A DNA stretch of 64,000 nt from Callorhinchus milii (GCF_018977255.1 NW_024704742.1:29204001-29268000), one strand, 5' to 3'. Shown: positions 1 to 13,679, numbered from the stretch's first letter. Translations and numbers: made by a program. Notes: generated by a model from the sequence alone, not told the origin.

Positions 1-1259
1 AACACCACCAGCTTCGAAAGAATGCTTTCTGATTCAGGTTTTCCAAGGTCAATTTGTCCAGTGCAAGGATCCCAAGGTGCTAGAACAGCTTTTTCACTTT
101 GAATCGTCCATTACTTGTAAAATTACTTTTAAGCCAGTATCTGGTGAAGAAGTACAAAATCGCTACCTCTTTTAGAAGGCTTTCCTAATCAACCCAGGCT
201 TTTCTTACAAAGCACAAGAATTGAGCAGTGGCAACCACTTTACTGTCTTTGCAAATGACTTGCGTGACAAAAGAGTAGCTTGTACCTGTATTGTTAATGT
301 ACTAGAGCACGTCTTCATTTGTTCCTTCAATGTGTCTCTGCTAAGCACCTTTTGAAGAAACACATGCTATATATAGCAAGTAGCTTGATATTGGAAAAGG
401 GGAAGAGGCAGTAACAATCAAAGTCCCAGAAAGACGGAGAAGCAGCAAGGCCCTGAAATGATTCAAATATATAAACACTGGAGCATGTGTCAGGGAAGCT
501 CTACATAAAGAAGCTTTGCCCAGAGATTACTGAAAGGGCACAAGATATCTTGAGAGACAGACATCACATCAGGAGGCAAGTTATGTAGCTTTCACTGGTG
601 GACAATGTTTAAGACGTTTACAACTATAAAAGGAAAGTTTCAAAGAACTTTTGACCTTATCTCCGTTAACTTGAACTGCATAATGCAACAAGCGCAGCCT
701 TGTTGGTTGGTGGCAGTGAGGCAGACTGTCACACTAAATGTTTATTCATTTGGTTCATTTCAGGGCTCTGCTAGTGACTTAAGAGTGGTTAGTCAATGAG
801 CCATTTACATGGTAATTTTTCAGATGACCAATATTCTGTACTCTAAATGGAGCATTAAATTAAGTAATGCATCTCACCGTCAGAAAGAACATCAATACAA
901 TGTTTTTAAAGATGAATTGCATCAAATTAAGATGTTAGTATCATTACTATCATCTTTCTTCCCCCCCTCACCATCCACCGCTCTGGTGCCCAGCCAGAAT
1001 TGTCAAGCACTTTGAGATGTCTATCTTATGTGAAAGGCACTATGAGTGTAAATTGTATTGTATGTACACACCTACTCAAATTCAATGGCTTATATAAATA
1101 ATAAAAAATAATAATTCTTGCATTTGGTATAGTGCCTTTCAAGCTGGGAGAACAACCCCAAAGAGCTTCACAGGATAGACTGTGTGTTTTTCAGGTGAAT
1201 GGAGAACATCATCCTGAATCAATAGGATCCAGGATAAATAGGAAATGCTCCTCCTGTAA

Positions 1260-1502
1260 TAACATCGAAAGGACATCCCAAGGCCCTGGACAGTCAAAGG
1301 TTTGTCCCTGAGTTGCGGGGTGGAATCAAGAGGAGTGCAGGGTAAGGTGGGTGGGGATGGGAGGGTGTCCAAAGGCATTGTCAAATAGAAAGGTCTGAGA
1401 CGGGTCTTGAAGGGGGTAAAAGAGGGGATGAGTCAGAGGAATTCCAGAAGGGAGTTCCAGAGGGTGGGAGCAAAAAATGTGAAGGCCCGACCATCAATGG
1501 TG
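1260..1502 (-). mobile_element. L2 LINE 3' fragment
   Basis: Matches by eye the L2 3' region seen at 12853-13150 and 47741-48225 (ggacatcccaaggccctggacag ... ggagttccagagggtggg). Confidence 0.7.
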
Positions 1503-1899
1503 TAATATAATATTAATATGATATACTATAACATACTAGATTAATACTTCACTGTTCAATTCTCCATCCATCATGATAACTAATCTACAAATTAATAAAT
1601 GTGATAACTAAGCTACAGATTAATAACATTCATTGTACTGATCTACTGTATAACAACTTGCTCCTGCCCTCTTCATCTGCAAATTCAATCATTGGATATG
1701 AATATTCATGTATATTGTAAATATAATGTTTTTTCACCACATTAACTGTATTCAGTGGAATTTGAGAGGCAGCCCATATTAAATTCAATGCCATATTGCA
1801 AGGATCACATGCAAATTCAGTGCAGAGAATCCACTGACTTTACTGATGATACAAAATCATTTTGGCTTCTTTGATCAGAGGCATAAAATAGCAGGGCTC

Positions 1900-2110
1900 T
1901 GGGTAGTGCAATGTTTTGGAACACTCTCCTTTCATCTCTGGGGCATGGGCTTAAATCCAGCATAGACAGATGGGATGAAAATGTTTCCTCTCTCTGTTCT
2001 TATAGCTGTAAGGGACCTAAGTGAAATTGATTTGGGCAGTCTCAACCCAATTTCAAGTGGGCAAACAGCCACATCACAAAAGTGCCCATAATATAGTACA
2101 GTATTTACTT
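1900..2110 (+). mobile_element. LF-SINE-like ancient SINE fragment
   Basis: tRNA-like cctttcatctctggggcatgggcttaaatccag followed by gtgaaattgatttgggcagtctcaacccaatttcaagtgggc..ccacatcacaaaa, which resembles the remembered LF-SINE body. Confidence 0.5.
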
Positions 2111-2519
2111 TAGGTGAATAACAACTGCAAAAAGGAATGTGCTGCACATGATCTTATCACTGGCATCCCACCTAAACAGTAGTAATCACCACCTCTTCAG
2201 ATCTGTAGGCTTCTGATCAGAAATAGGAGAGTTTTCGATATTCCAAATAGTGTATTCATTACTAGCTTTTTATATAAAATAGTAGCAAATTGCCAGAACG
2301 AGTATATTAATAATAATAATAAGAATCCTCACATTTGATATCGAGCCTCATCACGTCTTCGAAATGTCTCAAAGTTCTTCATAGAATATTTTGTAAACTG
2401 AATTGACTACATTTTCTAGGAGGAATTTTACATTACTTGTCCATCATGGGACTATTTTTCCCCTTAGGGCTTTGAATTGTAGAGTCAAAGAGATTTTCAG
2501 ATCTGATTGATGATCTGGA

Positions 2520-2780
2520 TAGAGCTGCAGCTAACAGACCAGGAGCTCGCTGGTTCGGATCCCGGTCCATGCTGAGTTTGCTGGTCTCAGCTGGGTTTGC
2601 TTGGGGAGGCTAAATTAGCCCCAGCCTTCCCAGGGTGAGGGAAAGGAAAACCTGTTCCTGCTCCTTCTTTAGCATCCTCCACTGATTGTTAATGTGCGTG
2701 GCATCTAGGTGGACAGAGGTCAGGCTCCGATGGACCATACTCTCCCTCTAGTTGAGTGGCCTGCCGACATTCACTAACAA
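2520..2780 (+). repeat. Unclassified old SINE-like repeat
   Basis: B-box-like ggttcggatcc followed by a GC-richer body; truncated by the SINE starting at 2781. Confidence 0.35.
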
Positions 2781-3336
2781 AGGGCGAAATGTTGGGCAAG
2801 GTTCCTTACTCCACGCTCCTCTGTTTACCTGGCAGTAAGTAGGTACCCGGTTATTAATCGATTGGTGGATCGCTTTTCTGGGGGTAATAATCCCTTCAAA
2901 AAAATAATAGTAATTTGCTCACTCAATCCACACAGTATTTCTGGGACACTACTGTGCGCAATTGGCTGCTGTGTTTCGCCCACAAAATATACAGTCAATT
3001 CACTTTACAGTATATTCTGTGAAGTACTTTGAGACAACAACAAAAAGATTCCATTTATAGAGCGCCTTTCACGTCGGGAGGACGTCCCAAGGCGCTGGAC
3101 AGTTGGTCAGGACCCGAGCAGGGGGGAAATAGTCAGGGTGAGGGGAGGGAAGGGAGGGAGCAAGGAGGGGGTAGAGAGTCGAGAGGGGAGCTGAAGGCAT
3201 GGTCAAAGAGAAAGGTCTTGAGACCGGCCTTGAAGGAGGAAAGTGAGGAAGCAAGGCGAAGGCACTGGGGGATGGAGTTCCAGAGACATCTCGAAAACGT
3301 GACGAGGCGCTATATCCAAGGTAAGGATTATTATTT
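2781..3336 (+). mobile_element. 5'-truncated young tRNA-derived SINE (long form), interrupted by an L2 fragment
   Basis: Colinear with the full copies at 8000 and 22795; ends ggattattattt. Confidence 0.85.
3037..3282 (-). mobile_element. L2 3' end inserted into a SINE
   Basis: (CAA)n tail on the + strand; flanked by a GAGACA duplication at 3031-3036 and 3283-3288. Confidence 0.85.
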
Positions 3337-3877
3337 ATGTGAACGGTAAACACTTGGGCAGGATACAGGAGGGTGACCAGCCCCTGTGGAGCCACATCCC
3401 AGCAAGAAGAGGGCAGACCAGAAATGAAATGCTAAAGGGAGAAAATTAGAAAAATATGTAGACACACTAATTTACATTTAATAAAAGAGAAACAAAATCA
3501 GCATAGCGTCCAACATTTCTCAGCACAGAGAGAGCAAATGACGTTTTTGAAAGCATAGCCGCTAATGAGGAGGTACCTTTAATGAGACATATTTAACACT
3601 GTGAAAGCTCAAGCTACTTAACAATGCAAGTTAGGCCAATAAATGTGAAACTGTCATTAATCTGGTTGTGGAGAATGGGATTTTGGATTCAAACAAATCA
3701 CAGAAAAATCACAACAGGAGAGTTAAGTGCAAAGGAAAACTCAGAAACCCCAGTAGGGCGAACAAAGGACCTTTGACAAGAAGTATATTACAAATGTAAT
3801 TTATTTCAGAGACTCTTTCCTATGATGCAGCAAACGTTGAAGTGTTGAAAACTGCAATGTGACTGATACATCACAAG

Positions 3878-4350
3878 GTGTTGGAGCTGAACTGGATCCA
3901 TTGTGTCATGTTTGGCAACAGAATATTGGATTTGAGTCAATCCTCTGTGGCAGTCTTGGTAGTCCAGTTCCTAGACAAGGCGGGTCCATAGTATCCAGGG
4001 CACTGCTGATGACAGACCAGGTAGCCCAGCTCATTTGCAGGACTTGGAGAGTCATTGGAGCAGGGATTTTTTCCACTTAGGTCCTGTTAAGCCTACAAAC
4101 CAAAACCCCAGTAGACAGGTTGGCCAAAGCTGAACAAGATGCAAGAAAATTTGTCCGACAGTGCTTTCAATGGCAAGCTATGTGGTTTTACCTAGATAAA
4201 CTCCAACATGACCCTAATGCACACTCTGAGCCTCAAGCCTTGGCTCTTGCCAACCTGTGGATAATACTCTCCGGTATTAGGTAAGTAGGCTAAGCCCCTT
4301 CGGGGAGAAAGTGCAAATACTATTCCAGACACAGGGAAATGTTCACGTGT
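3878..4350. repeat. Unclassified repeat family X, partial copy
   Basis: Similar to 63580-64000 in the same orientation, and to the reverse complement of 11841-12200 and 59290-59750. Confidence 0.65.
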
Positions 4351-5349
4351 AGACGTCCTCCCGACATGAAAGAGGCTATATGAATGAAAATTGTATTGTA
4401 TCAAGTATTGTGATGAGTTTCTACATGTGTCAAGACACCCAACTGACTAAAAAAAACTCACCAAGCACAATTAGCCTTTTTTTAAACACAGAAAGTGTTT
4501 TATGGGTGGTAAGTGTTTCAGGAATTGCATTAACACTTCATTCTCCTGCATGCCTGATATTCCACCCCTGTTTACACTCATCTATAATTTCTGTTATTAG
4601 TAGCTCATTTCTCTGTAAAAAAAACTGTTTATCCCTTTTAAAGCCCAATATCATTAAAGCGCTACCTTATCAGAGTGAAGTTTCCACTTCACACGCCTGC
4701 AATGTTTATCGCTTCTCTGAACAAGGTTAATAATTTAGTGCTAATTTATGCTGAATTATGAATCGTTTTGTACTGTGGATCTGTGCCTATTTGGAATTGG
4801 TTTGAAGTTGGGGCAAAGTCAATTTTCATAGCCCTTTAATCCCAGCAGGGAAGAGAAGATTTGCATCCCAGCAGTTGGGGTTCGATGCAGAAAGAGAAGA
4901 AAGAGTAGTGTGTCAACCCAAGTATACTCAATTCCCTTTTATATTATTCCTGGATAGTTTCAAAGATATTAACATTTGTTTTAGGGTGCTTCAAAGGGAA
5001 CGAATAAGCACAGCATTTGTGAAAGTGTGAATCCTTCCTAATCCACACAAGGACAAGATCAAAGGGAGTTCTTCAAGTGCAACCCAACCCTGCCTGTAAT
5101 TAGCTCACCTTTGTAAGGTGCGATGATGAATCATATGATGAACAGCACATTCCATTTAAATCTTCATTACACAAAGAATAAAATGCCAATTTTCGATTCA
5201 AAGAGACTTGATTATCATTCCCAGCCACATATACAATTGTTACCTTCTTAATTCCGATTTAACAATTCTTTGAAAATTTTCCACTTGAAAAGAATCAATT
5301 CTCCTTTCTGACAGTCAGACAAATAAGATTTTAAATGGTGGAATCCAGT

Positions 5350-5682
5350 GTCAGTCTGGCTCTGCCTGAAGCACTCTCACTTCTGGGTCAGAAAGTTTGT
5401 GAGGTCAAGCCTTGTGTTGGGACTTTAAGCCAATTGTCTCGGCTGACATTATCAGAGATGCCATCCTATAGCAGATGTTCTCAATGTTAAACTGAGGTTC
5501 TGTCTGTCTGTTCAGGTAGATGTTAACAATCTGTATTCACAATATTCGGAAAGATAAGGGAGTTTCTCCCAGTGTCCTGGCCAACAATTCTCCAGATAAA
5601 ATTGGTTACCCACTTGATGATTGTTTGTGGAATATTGTTGAGGGAAAATTGTCTACCATATTTACCTACAAATACAGTCAAT
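5350..5682 (+). mobile_element. DeuSINE-type (SacSINE1/AmnSINE1-like) SINE
   Basis: tRNA-like head gtcagtctggctc..gcactctc..tctgggtcagaa, then Deu-like gttaaactgagg..tgtctg..caggtagatgtt..gggagtttctcccagtgtcctggccaac. Confidence 0.7.
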
Positions 5683-5920
5683 ACAACAACAGCTTGCATT
5701 TATATAGCGGCCCTCATGCAGGACAGCGATGCAGAGCGTTTGACAGTGGCGGAGCATGACGCCAAACCCAAAGGAAAGGAGGTGACCATATGCACGGTCA
5801 AATAGGAAGGGCTTCAGGGCAAACCTGGAGATGGAGAATGAGGGAGCAAGGCAGAAGGATAGAGGAAGAGTGTTCCAGTGTTTCAGGGTGCAGTGGTTGA
5901 AAGCACGGCCACCAACAGTG
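5683..5920 (-). mobile_element. L2 3' fragment (second subfamily)
   Basis: caacaacagcttgcatttatatagc tail; the minus-strand ORF contains GGRAF..WNTLP. Confidence 0.75.
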
Positions 5921-6184
5921 AAACAGGGGACACTACACTTTATCGAAACAGTGTAATAGATATTTTTACCAAATGCAGTCATTAGTCATTATTAATAATG
6001 AAAGACTGTTGAAATGTTATTCAGACATTAAGAATAGTCTAGGCAGGATATGTGTTCTCAGTTCTTGAGATGGAGGCAGGATTCATTTCTGACCTCTATA
6101 TGGAAGGAACAGTATTCTGATAAGAGGAAGCAAAGTCATCATTAACTTCAGATTTGGGAATGTCATGAGTTAATCATAAAAATC

Positions 6185-6600
6185 ACATAAAAGTGCAAGG
6201 AGAGGCCATTCAATCCATCAAACCTTCCTTGGTGTTGCCTGCACTTCCACTGGAGAGGATTAATTCCAATGCCCTGCTCATTCCCTATATTCTTTTCAAA
6301 TGGTTAACCAATTTCCTTCAATAGCTTCAGTAACCACAGTAATGACAAAGTATTCCATGTTCCAATACCCACCTCGGTGAAAACAATTCTGCGTATCCTC
6401 CCCCTTAACTCTTACAGTGAGAATTGTAAGTTTACTCTCGCAACCAATGGAAATAATCTTTCACTATTTATCCTTTCAAAAGTTTTCAGAATTTTGAAAA
6501 CCTCTATTATATCCCTCTTATCCTCTCTGGTCCAATAAAAATCTTTGCTATTTCTTTAGCCTAATCTCAAACTGTAACCTCTCATCCCTTTATACCATCT
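6185..6600 (-). mobile_element. Degraded CR1 3' fragment
   Basis: ggaggccattc-type 3'UTR start and ttttgaaaacctctatta..ccctctta (reverse of LRGDLIEVFKI). Confidence 0.6.
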
Positions 6601-7999
6601 ATGTGTGACTTAAAGACAAACAAATGGTTAGTCATTTCATATCACTGCTGTTTGTAGGGCATGGCTGGTGTAGATTATCTGTAGAGTTTGTTAATAATAA
6701 CAACTACTACATTTTGAAGTCACTCATTTTCTGGAGCACTTCGAGATAATACATTCTACTAAGTTTCTCATGAATTTTTTTTTATCCCTATTCTTTGACT
6801 GCAATTTTTAAGTTATCTTTCCCCCAGCCCCCCACCCCCAGCTTGTTAAGCGCCTTGGGACGTCCTCCCAATGTGATATAAATGTAAATTTGTATTGTAC
6901 TTGGGTATCTGGTAACACCCAAATTAACATCTATGTTTCGAGACTTCTTTGTTTCTTCTCGGTCTCCAGGCAGAATAAATTCATGGAAATCCTGAAATAA
7001 CACAAAAGTGTTTTCCCAACCTACAGAATTTGACATTCCTACTGTTGTTATTAGCTTTTTACATTTTCAACACAGGGCGAAATGTTTAGTTAATGCAAAG
7101 CTATTTGTTTATTTAGTTTGCATTTTCCACCCTGCATCAACATCAGACAGCAATGTTTATTGCCAGAACTTTACTAAATGTGCCAGCTACTCAATGAGGC
7201 TAGGATGCTATACCCAGTGGGAAGCTTCAGACATGGCAAGAGCTACTGCTTTAACTTTGTGCTGGACATCAAGAGGATTGCTGCCCATTTGCTCTGAAAT
7301 CAAACTGGCAACCAGACAGCAAGTTGTTACTGAGATCTTGCAGCATCCTCCCATTCATTAAGTTTCCATGAACCTGATACAATTGGCAGTAATGTTCGAA
7401 ATGTGGCCATTGGGATCGGACTTTGATTCCTTTCTGTGAAAAGGCATTACAGTTGCTGCTTTCCACTCAGCACTAATTGATAGAAGCAGCTCAAAGAATC
7501 AAAGAATGTCACAGCACAAAAAATAGGACATTTGGCCAATGAAGTGTGCACTGGTGCTTTGCTAGACACGATGACCCCTAACCTAATCCCACATTCCTGG
7601 TTGCTTCACATACCCTTCATATTCCTCCTCCTCAAGAACCTGCTGAATACACTTTTTAAAGTACAGTAAATCTGCTTTTGCCGGATGCTGGTTAACTCCA
7701 GATTTTTAAGTAAATCGAACAAAACGGCGAGCCCCAATTCATTTGTGTTCTTACCTGTTTTAAATATGCTTGTTAATTCGGATGAAAATCCAGGCCAAAT
7801 GCCACACTGGTTGCTGCTGCAAGTGCTTACTCGAGCCTTCTGGGTGTCAAGCCTTCAGCCATGAGGGATGTAGATATGAGGAGTCAAATTGTGATTGACA
7901 GCAGACTCTGGCCATTCACAAGCGGCTGGAGTTGTACTGTCAATCAGTGAGGGGGAGGAGGAACGGGGAAGAACAAGGGAGGTAATGGGAAGAGTTATA

Positions 8000-8342
8000 G
8001 AGTCCTGTAGCTTAGTGGTTAGGGCACTCGCCTCGCAAGCAAGAGGACCCGAGTTCAATTCCCGGGCAGGGCGAAATGTTGGGAAAGTTCCCGTCTCTGT
8101 TCACCTAGCAGTAATTAGGAATCCAGTTGTTAATCGATTGGCGGATCAATTTTTCGGGAGTAATAATCCCTTTAAAAATAAATAAAATAATGATTTGGTC
8201 AATCAATCTGTGACTGTTTGGGGTATGTGCAATTGGCTGCCGTGTTTTGCCCACAAACTATACAGTCAATTCACTTTACAGTATACTCTGTGGAGCGCTT
8301 TGAGACGTCTCTAAGATCTGAGAAAAAGCACTATATCAATGC
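8000..8342 (+). mobile_element. Full-length young tRNA-derived SINE (long form)
   Basis: A-box tagcttagtgg, anticodon arm ctcgcctcgcaagcaagag, B-box gagttcaattcc; L2-like 3' end; the (ATT)n tail is missing because a Tx1 fragment begins here. Confidence 0.9.
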
Positions 8343-10111
8343 GGCAGGTAGTTGAAAGTTTGAAAGGTGGGAGGGCAGACCCGATCGGGAGGTACTCTGC
8401 AGCAACAGCCAGCTACGTCTGGCAAAACACCTCGTCACCGGCACTGACCAACAACCATCAGGACATGGCCTGGCTTGTGATAAAAGGGGTCCTTCCTTCA
8501 GGGCTTTCATGCACAGTCGAGGTCTGGGCCAGTCAGCATGTCGGCCTCAGGCCGGCCGCAGAGGCCAGGAGACCGTGGACCACCTCTTCCTGAAGTGTTG
8601 ATTCGCAAAGGAAAAAGATGGAATGGATTCTCTCGTAGGTGGTCTCTGGGGAACCACTGTCATGGCACTCGGTGCTGTACAGCCTGTTCCCAGGCACTCA
8701 CAGCGAAACTCACATCGAGTGTGCCTGGAGGATCATAAACTCGGTAAAGGAGGCCCTTTGGCACACTCGAAACCAGGTGTTCTTCTGGCAGAACGAGGGA
8801 ACGGTGAGGGCCTGCTTCAGGCTCGCGCACGCTAGGATCAGGAACTATATACTGAGGGACAAGCTGAAGTTCGGCTCAACCATAGCAAAGGCAAGATGGG
8901 GCCTCACCCTGGCTGGAGCCGCCTCTGGCACAACCCACTCAACAACAACAACTTGGATTTATATAGCACCCTCCACGCCGGACTGCATCTCAGAGAGCTT
9001 CACAGTAACAGATCCCAGGGCCGAGCCAGGGGGAAGGGGAGGAAGGTGACCAAAGGCGCACTCAAAAAGAAAGGTCTTCAGCCGAGACCTGAAAATAAGA
9101 AGAGAGGGGTGAGGCGAAGGAGTGAGGAAGGGAATTCCAGAGCCTCGGGGCATAGTGGCTGAAGGCACGGCCGCCGAGGGTGGAGCGGAGGACAAGGAGA
9201 AGGCCAGACCCAGTGGAACGAAAGCAATGGGCACTGTTGTGAGGAGAGAGGAGGTCAGAGAAGTAGTGGGGTGCAGAGGAGTGGAGGGATTTGAAGAAAA
9301 GGGTGAGGATCTTGAAGTCAACCGTCTCTGGGACAGGCAGCCAGTGCAGTCTGGCAAGGACTGGGGTAATCAGGGAACGGAGTTTGGTGCGGGTGAGAAT
9401 GCGGGCTGCAGAGTTTTGTATGACCTGGATTTTATGGATGGTCCTGGAGGGGGTTAGAATAATCCAGCCGAGAGGTGACAAAGGCATGGACCAGGGTTTC
9501 AGCGGCTTTCGAAGAGAGGTATTGGCGGAGACGGGCGATGCGTCGGAGGTGGAAGAAAGCGTGAGGGACCGCATGTAGGGGAGCAAGGATAATTGGGGGT
9601 CGAACCTGACGCCTAGGTTGCGTACGGGTTCGGAGAGCTTTAGGGGAGGGTAGGTGGAGGAGTTGAGAACCGTGTGATTTTAGACGTTGACGAGAGCCAA
9701 AGAGTGTGGCTTTCGTCTTGTCAACGTTCAGCTGAACCCACCGGGTAGCCCACAAGTGCACCCAAAACTGACTGAAGGGTACAGAAGGACGCTCGAGATG
9801 TAACCAAAGGACATCCCGAAAATGTATGTACGGTAGACGTGTGTACATACAGTGCACATTTGGGCGCCCTTCAAAGGTGGCAAGTAAACCTTATCAGGGT
9901 GTGCGCGCGCAGGCACATGGATGTGTTGTTCATAGGGCCGACTCCTGATTGTGTTAAAGGAAGCATCCCAAAAAAAGTGTGCACAATTTATGTGAGGTGA
10001 AGGAACATACCGTAAACAAGGGAATGCTTTTTGTATCGGGAGAAAAGGGAAAGGTTGTAACAGAACATGTTGTGTTTGCAACAGAATCCTACAATAATGC
10101 TTGAAAAAAAA
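8343..10111 (+). mobile_element. 5'-truncated Tx1-clade (L1-like) LINE: ORF2 C-terminus plus probable 3'UTR, interrupted by L2
   Basis: Frameshifted translation VWQNTSSPALTNNHQDMAWLVIKGVLP / ETVDHLFLKC / LFPGTHSETHIECAWRIINSVKEALWHTRN is typical of the zinc-knuckle end of Tx1 ORF2. The coding part (8343-8938) is clear; the 3'UTR to the A-run near 10104-10111 is inferred. Confidence 0.7.
8939..9734 (-). mobile_element. L2 LINE, 5'-truncated ORF2 C-terminus and 3' tail
   Basis: ORF track gives QLNVDKT, LVHAFVTSRLDYSN, IQNSAARILTRT, LHWLPV and APRLWNSLP; (GTT)n tail; AACCCAC duplicated at 8932-8938 and 9735-9741. Confidence 0.95.
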
Positions 10112-11840
10112 TGAGATGATTAAATTATTCTGCTGTCTGAATTTACAGGCTAACAGCTAATTGTCTGTCTGAATGATAATGCTTGAGGCTTTCTAGACAC
10201 GTTCTGAATGTGGAACCGCAGAGTGACTCATAAAGTCAGTCTGTAATTTCCCGATCTTTATCACGAGCCACAAAGACATGGTAGATATTAATATCTGAGC
10301 TACCACCTTCATCAAGGGAAACTGCAGTGATTATGTGTGCTGAAAATAATAGGTCATCAAATCTTGGCAATTACAGCCCAGGAGACTATTCGGCCCATCA
10401 AACCTATTCTGGTTTTAGCTCGTCCTCCGCTGGATGTCTGGCTCAGGAATGTAGATTACTGTCACTTTCCTGGAAACTGAGCTATGGTTTAGTATCAGTA
10501 TTAATGGACAGATCATGATGAGTGTTATTGCATATGCAAATAGGGAAACATTTTATTCCCTGAATATATATCCAAGTGGTGTGATCCCAAATTTATTTTT
10601 ATACCATGCAGCCAAATTACCCAGACTCTGAACGCAATTCTTTCAACTCAGCTCAATTACCACTTCCATATGTTAAAAAGTTTTAAGGGTTGGCTCCCAG
10701 CCAACAATGAGCATGTGTGAAAAACATGGTTAAAGCCACTGCTTAATCCAGGAGCTCTTTCCGTATAAAGATGTTACGTATATTTAACATCATCTGAAGA
10801 TCATCTTCCAATGTCTTGACGGGATCATAGATGTTCTTTATGAATTACTTGAGTCTACAAATTGTTTGCAGATTCCTGTGTCACATTACTGAGCACAATG
10901 GCATCACAGTGCATAATGATAACATTCCTTGCATTCCCCTACAAATACACACTTAACAGTAGAATGTTTTATCGGGGTAAAATGTTACATCTTGGCCAGG
11001 GAAAATAGGAATTTCGCTCCTGTTTGCCTGAACAACAAAGTAAATATTCAACAACCCAAAAAATTTTTGCAGCCACTCCAAGGCCAAACATTTACAAAGA
11101 AAACGTTTGTCTCCAAATAAAATAATAGTGGCCACTGGAACCTATATAGGAAGAAAGCAGTGGAGGGTTGTGCTACACTTGTTGGATAAGACTTTATGCC
11201 AGCTCTAGTTAAGGAACACCTTAAAAGTTACACCCAATGCATTTTGCACCCCTCTGCCATTTGCAAACAAAACAAATCAGAAAAAATTAAGATTGTGATT
11301 ACGGTACAATATTCATAGTTGATATTTATATATGTAGGTCATGAATGTACTTTCCAATTATTGTCCCATTTTGTTGTGAATGAATCACCACTGCTTGACG
11401 TTACAATATGGGTGGAGGGAGCCAAAGCCAGATCATGGACTAAGACTGCCAAGTAACTGATAACCATCTGGGACAGCAGGATGACAAACAATCTTGTTAT
11501 TTGCTACAGTTCAATGATCAGCAATCTCAGGAGCGATTTCAGCAGCATCCTCCCTGAGCTGGGTGGAGACAACTGTCCAATAATAAATAAGTTACATAAG
11601 AGGCTGACCACTGAGTCTTCCTCCAAAGTTACTTGTTCCAGCCCAGCTGTATGCAACTGCAGCCAATTAATATGTGTCTGGGTGAGGTCAGCCCAATGGT
11701 ATCCTGTAATTCAGTCATTGCAATCCTGTCAGTGCTCAAATAACACACATTAACATTTAGAACAGTGTTTCCTAACTCAGATGACGCTGAGGTTTGTTTT
11801 GTAAATTAACCTCTGCGAACTTCCAAATCCAAAAAAATTC

Positions 11841-12200
11841 GGGCAGGCTCAGCCGAGTGTCTGACACATGTGGAAACCATCATCATGCTTAAGAGTATCC
11901 AAACCAAACTGAGAATTCCATGCAATTCCAGATATAGATTGTTGGAATGGAATGCACACTCTCTCCCTGGAGGGATGCATCCTGCCTACCTAATTCCGGA
12001 AAGTATTAGGCGCAGGTTGGCAAGAGCCAAGGCTTGGGGACCCCAGAGCATGCTTTGGGGTATTGTTGGGAGTCTAACCAGCTAAAGCTGCATAGCTTGC
12101 CATTGAAATAATTGTCTGGCAAGCACACATTACAAGTTAAACCAGACTCTCCTCAGACATCAGCCGAACAATCAGATCAGTTTCCCACTCCAGACAGCAA
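11841..12200. repeat. Repeat family X copy
   Basis: Starts with the same terminus as the arms of 36013-36282 (gtgtctgacacatg.ggaaacc..atgcttaagagtatccaaaccaa). Confidence 0.75.
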
Positions 12201-12852
12201 TTAGATGCACAGGAACTGTACCTCAAATGCATATACTTTTTCCAAAATAATGACTGCAGCTTCCCTGAATACTTCCACCCTCTCAGCCAGCAACTGGCTG
12301 CTGTAGATCTTCTGGCAAATAAAAAGCTACATTTACTAAAATAATAATTACTTCCATTTAATATATGGTCTTATCACATTGCAGAAATGTCTCAAAGTGC
12401 TTCACAGCATTTACTGTAAGGTGCAGTGACTGGATATTGTATATAGGTGATCACAATAGCTAATTTACACATAGTAATGTCCCACAAACAGCCACAAAGT
12501 GAATGACCAATTTTATCTGGAGGAATATTGCTGGGACACTGGGTAAAATTCCAGTGATACAAAGTTTTTTAAAAAAAGTTGCATTTATAATGGCAAAGAG
12601 TTAAGAAAGTACTAGGTTGCATGTCGTTCAAATTTCATTGCAACCCACACCTTTCAGTTTCCATCCCCTAGCTCAGGATGGATGGAACAAATTCAACAGT
12701 GTTAAAAGCTTCGAAACATCTTCGCCAATTGAAAGCTATGACTGTATATAAATATAAATTGTATTATAAAGTCTACTACATTGCTACACATTTGCCATAT
12801 TGGACTGCATTGGGTTGGTCACTTAACTTAACCATCCTGCTCACTCGGCTCA

Positions 12853-13150
12853 GTGGGCTCCGGCGGACTTCACATCCCCCGCCTCGCCCTCCCCACAATT
12901 GGCAGGCAGGCCTTCTGCCACTCTGCCCCTACCCTCTTGAATGCCATCTCGCAGTCCCTCTGCCTTGCCCCCTCCCTTGGCCTCTTAAAGACCCATCTCA
13001 AGACCCTCCTCTTCAATTGTGCTTTCGATCACCCAGCTTCCCTCCCTGCCCTCCACCCTCCTCAATCCGGATCCCCAGTTCGCACTGTCCAGCGCCTTGG
13101 GACGTCCTCCTGACGTGAAAGGCACTATACAAATGTAATTTTGTTGTTGT
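12853..13150 (+). mobile_element. L2 3' fragment
   Basis: Encodes IGRQAFCHSAPTLLNAI; ends gcactatacaaatgtaattttgttgttg. Confidence 0.85.
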
Positions 13151-13679
13151 TAACAACTTGCACTTATATAGTGCCTTTCATTTAGAATAAGGTCTCAAAG
13201 CACTTCAGAGATGCTGTGGAAGGTGGGGTGATAAACATATTGAATACATACAAGCTTTAAGAAGGCTTTGAAGGCTTGATAGTGATATTTTGCAGCTTGG
13301 TCATGAAAGTATGCAAAGTTTTGCAATGTTAGGAATCTGAAATCAGTTCTCCCCTCCCCAATAGACTACAGATAGCAAGGGTGCAGCTTGGGTAATGCAG
13401 AGACAGGAAGTTGGAATATGCGGTAAGTACAAAATCATGCGAGTTGAAAGGTTTTCACCCACCCTCTATTGTGATGGTATAGCAAAGATTATATTAGTTT
13501 AGAAAGTTACAAGGAAAGGAAGTCGTGAGGGTCAGAGAGCCGAAATTGTTCTTGTTGGAAATGATTAGACAATGAAAAAAACCTAACAGTTTAAAAATTC
13601 TGAAAGGGATGAATGGAAGAAATTCACAATTTACATTTATACAAGTTGTGAGGCAAAGCACAAAGTGCTTCACTTAGCT

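Noticed and set aside
1..790. Coding-looking stretch with long open segments on both strands
   Set aside because: Every frame I read is interrupted by stops and no family motif was recognisable; a BLASTX search would be needed.
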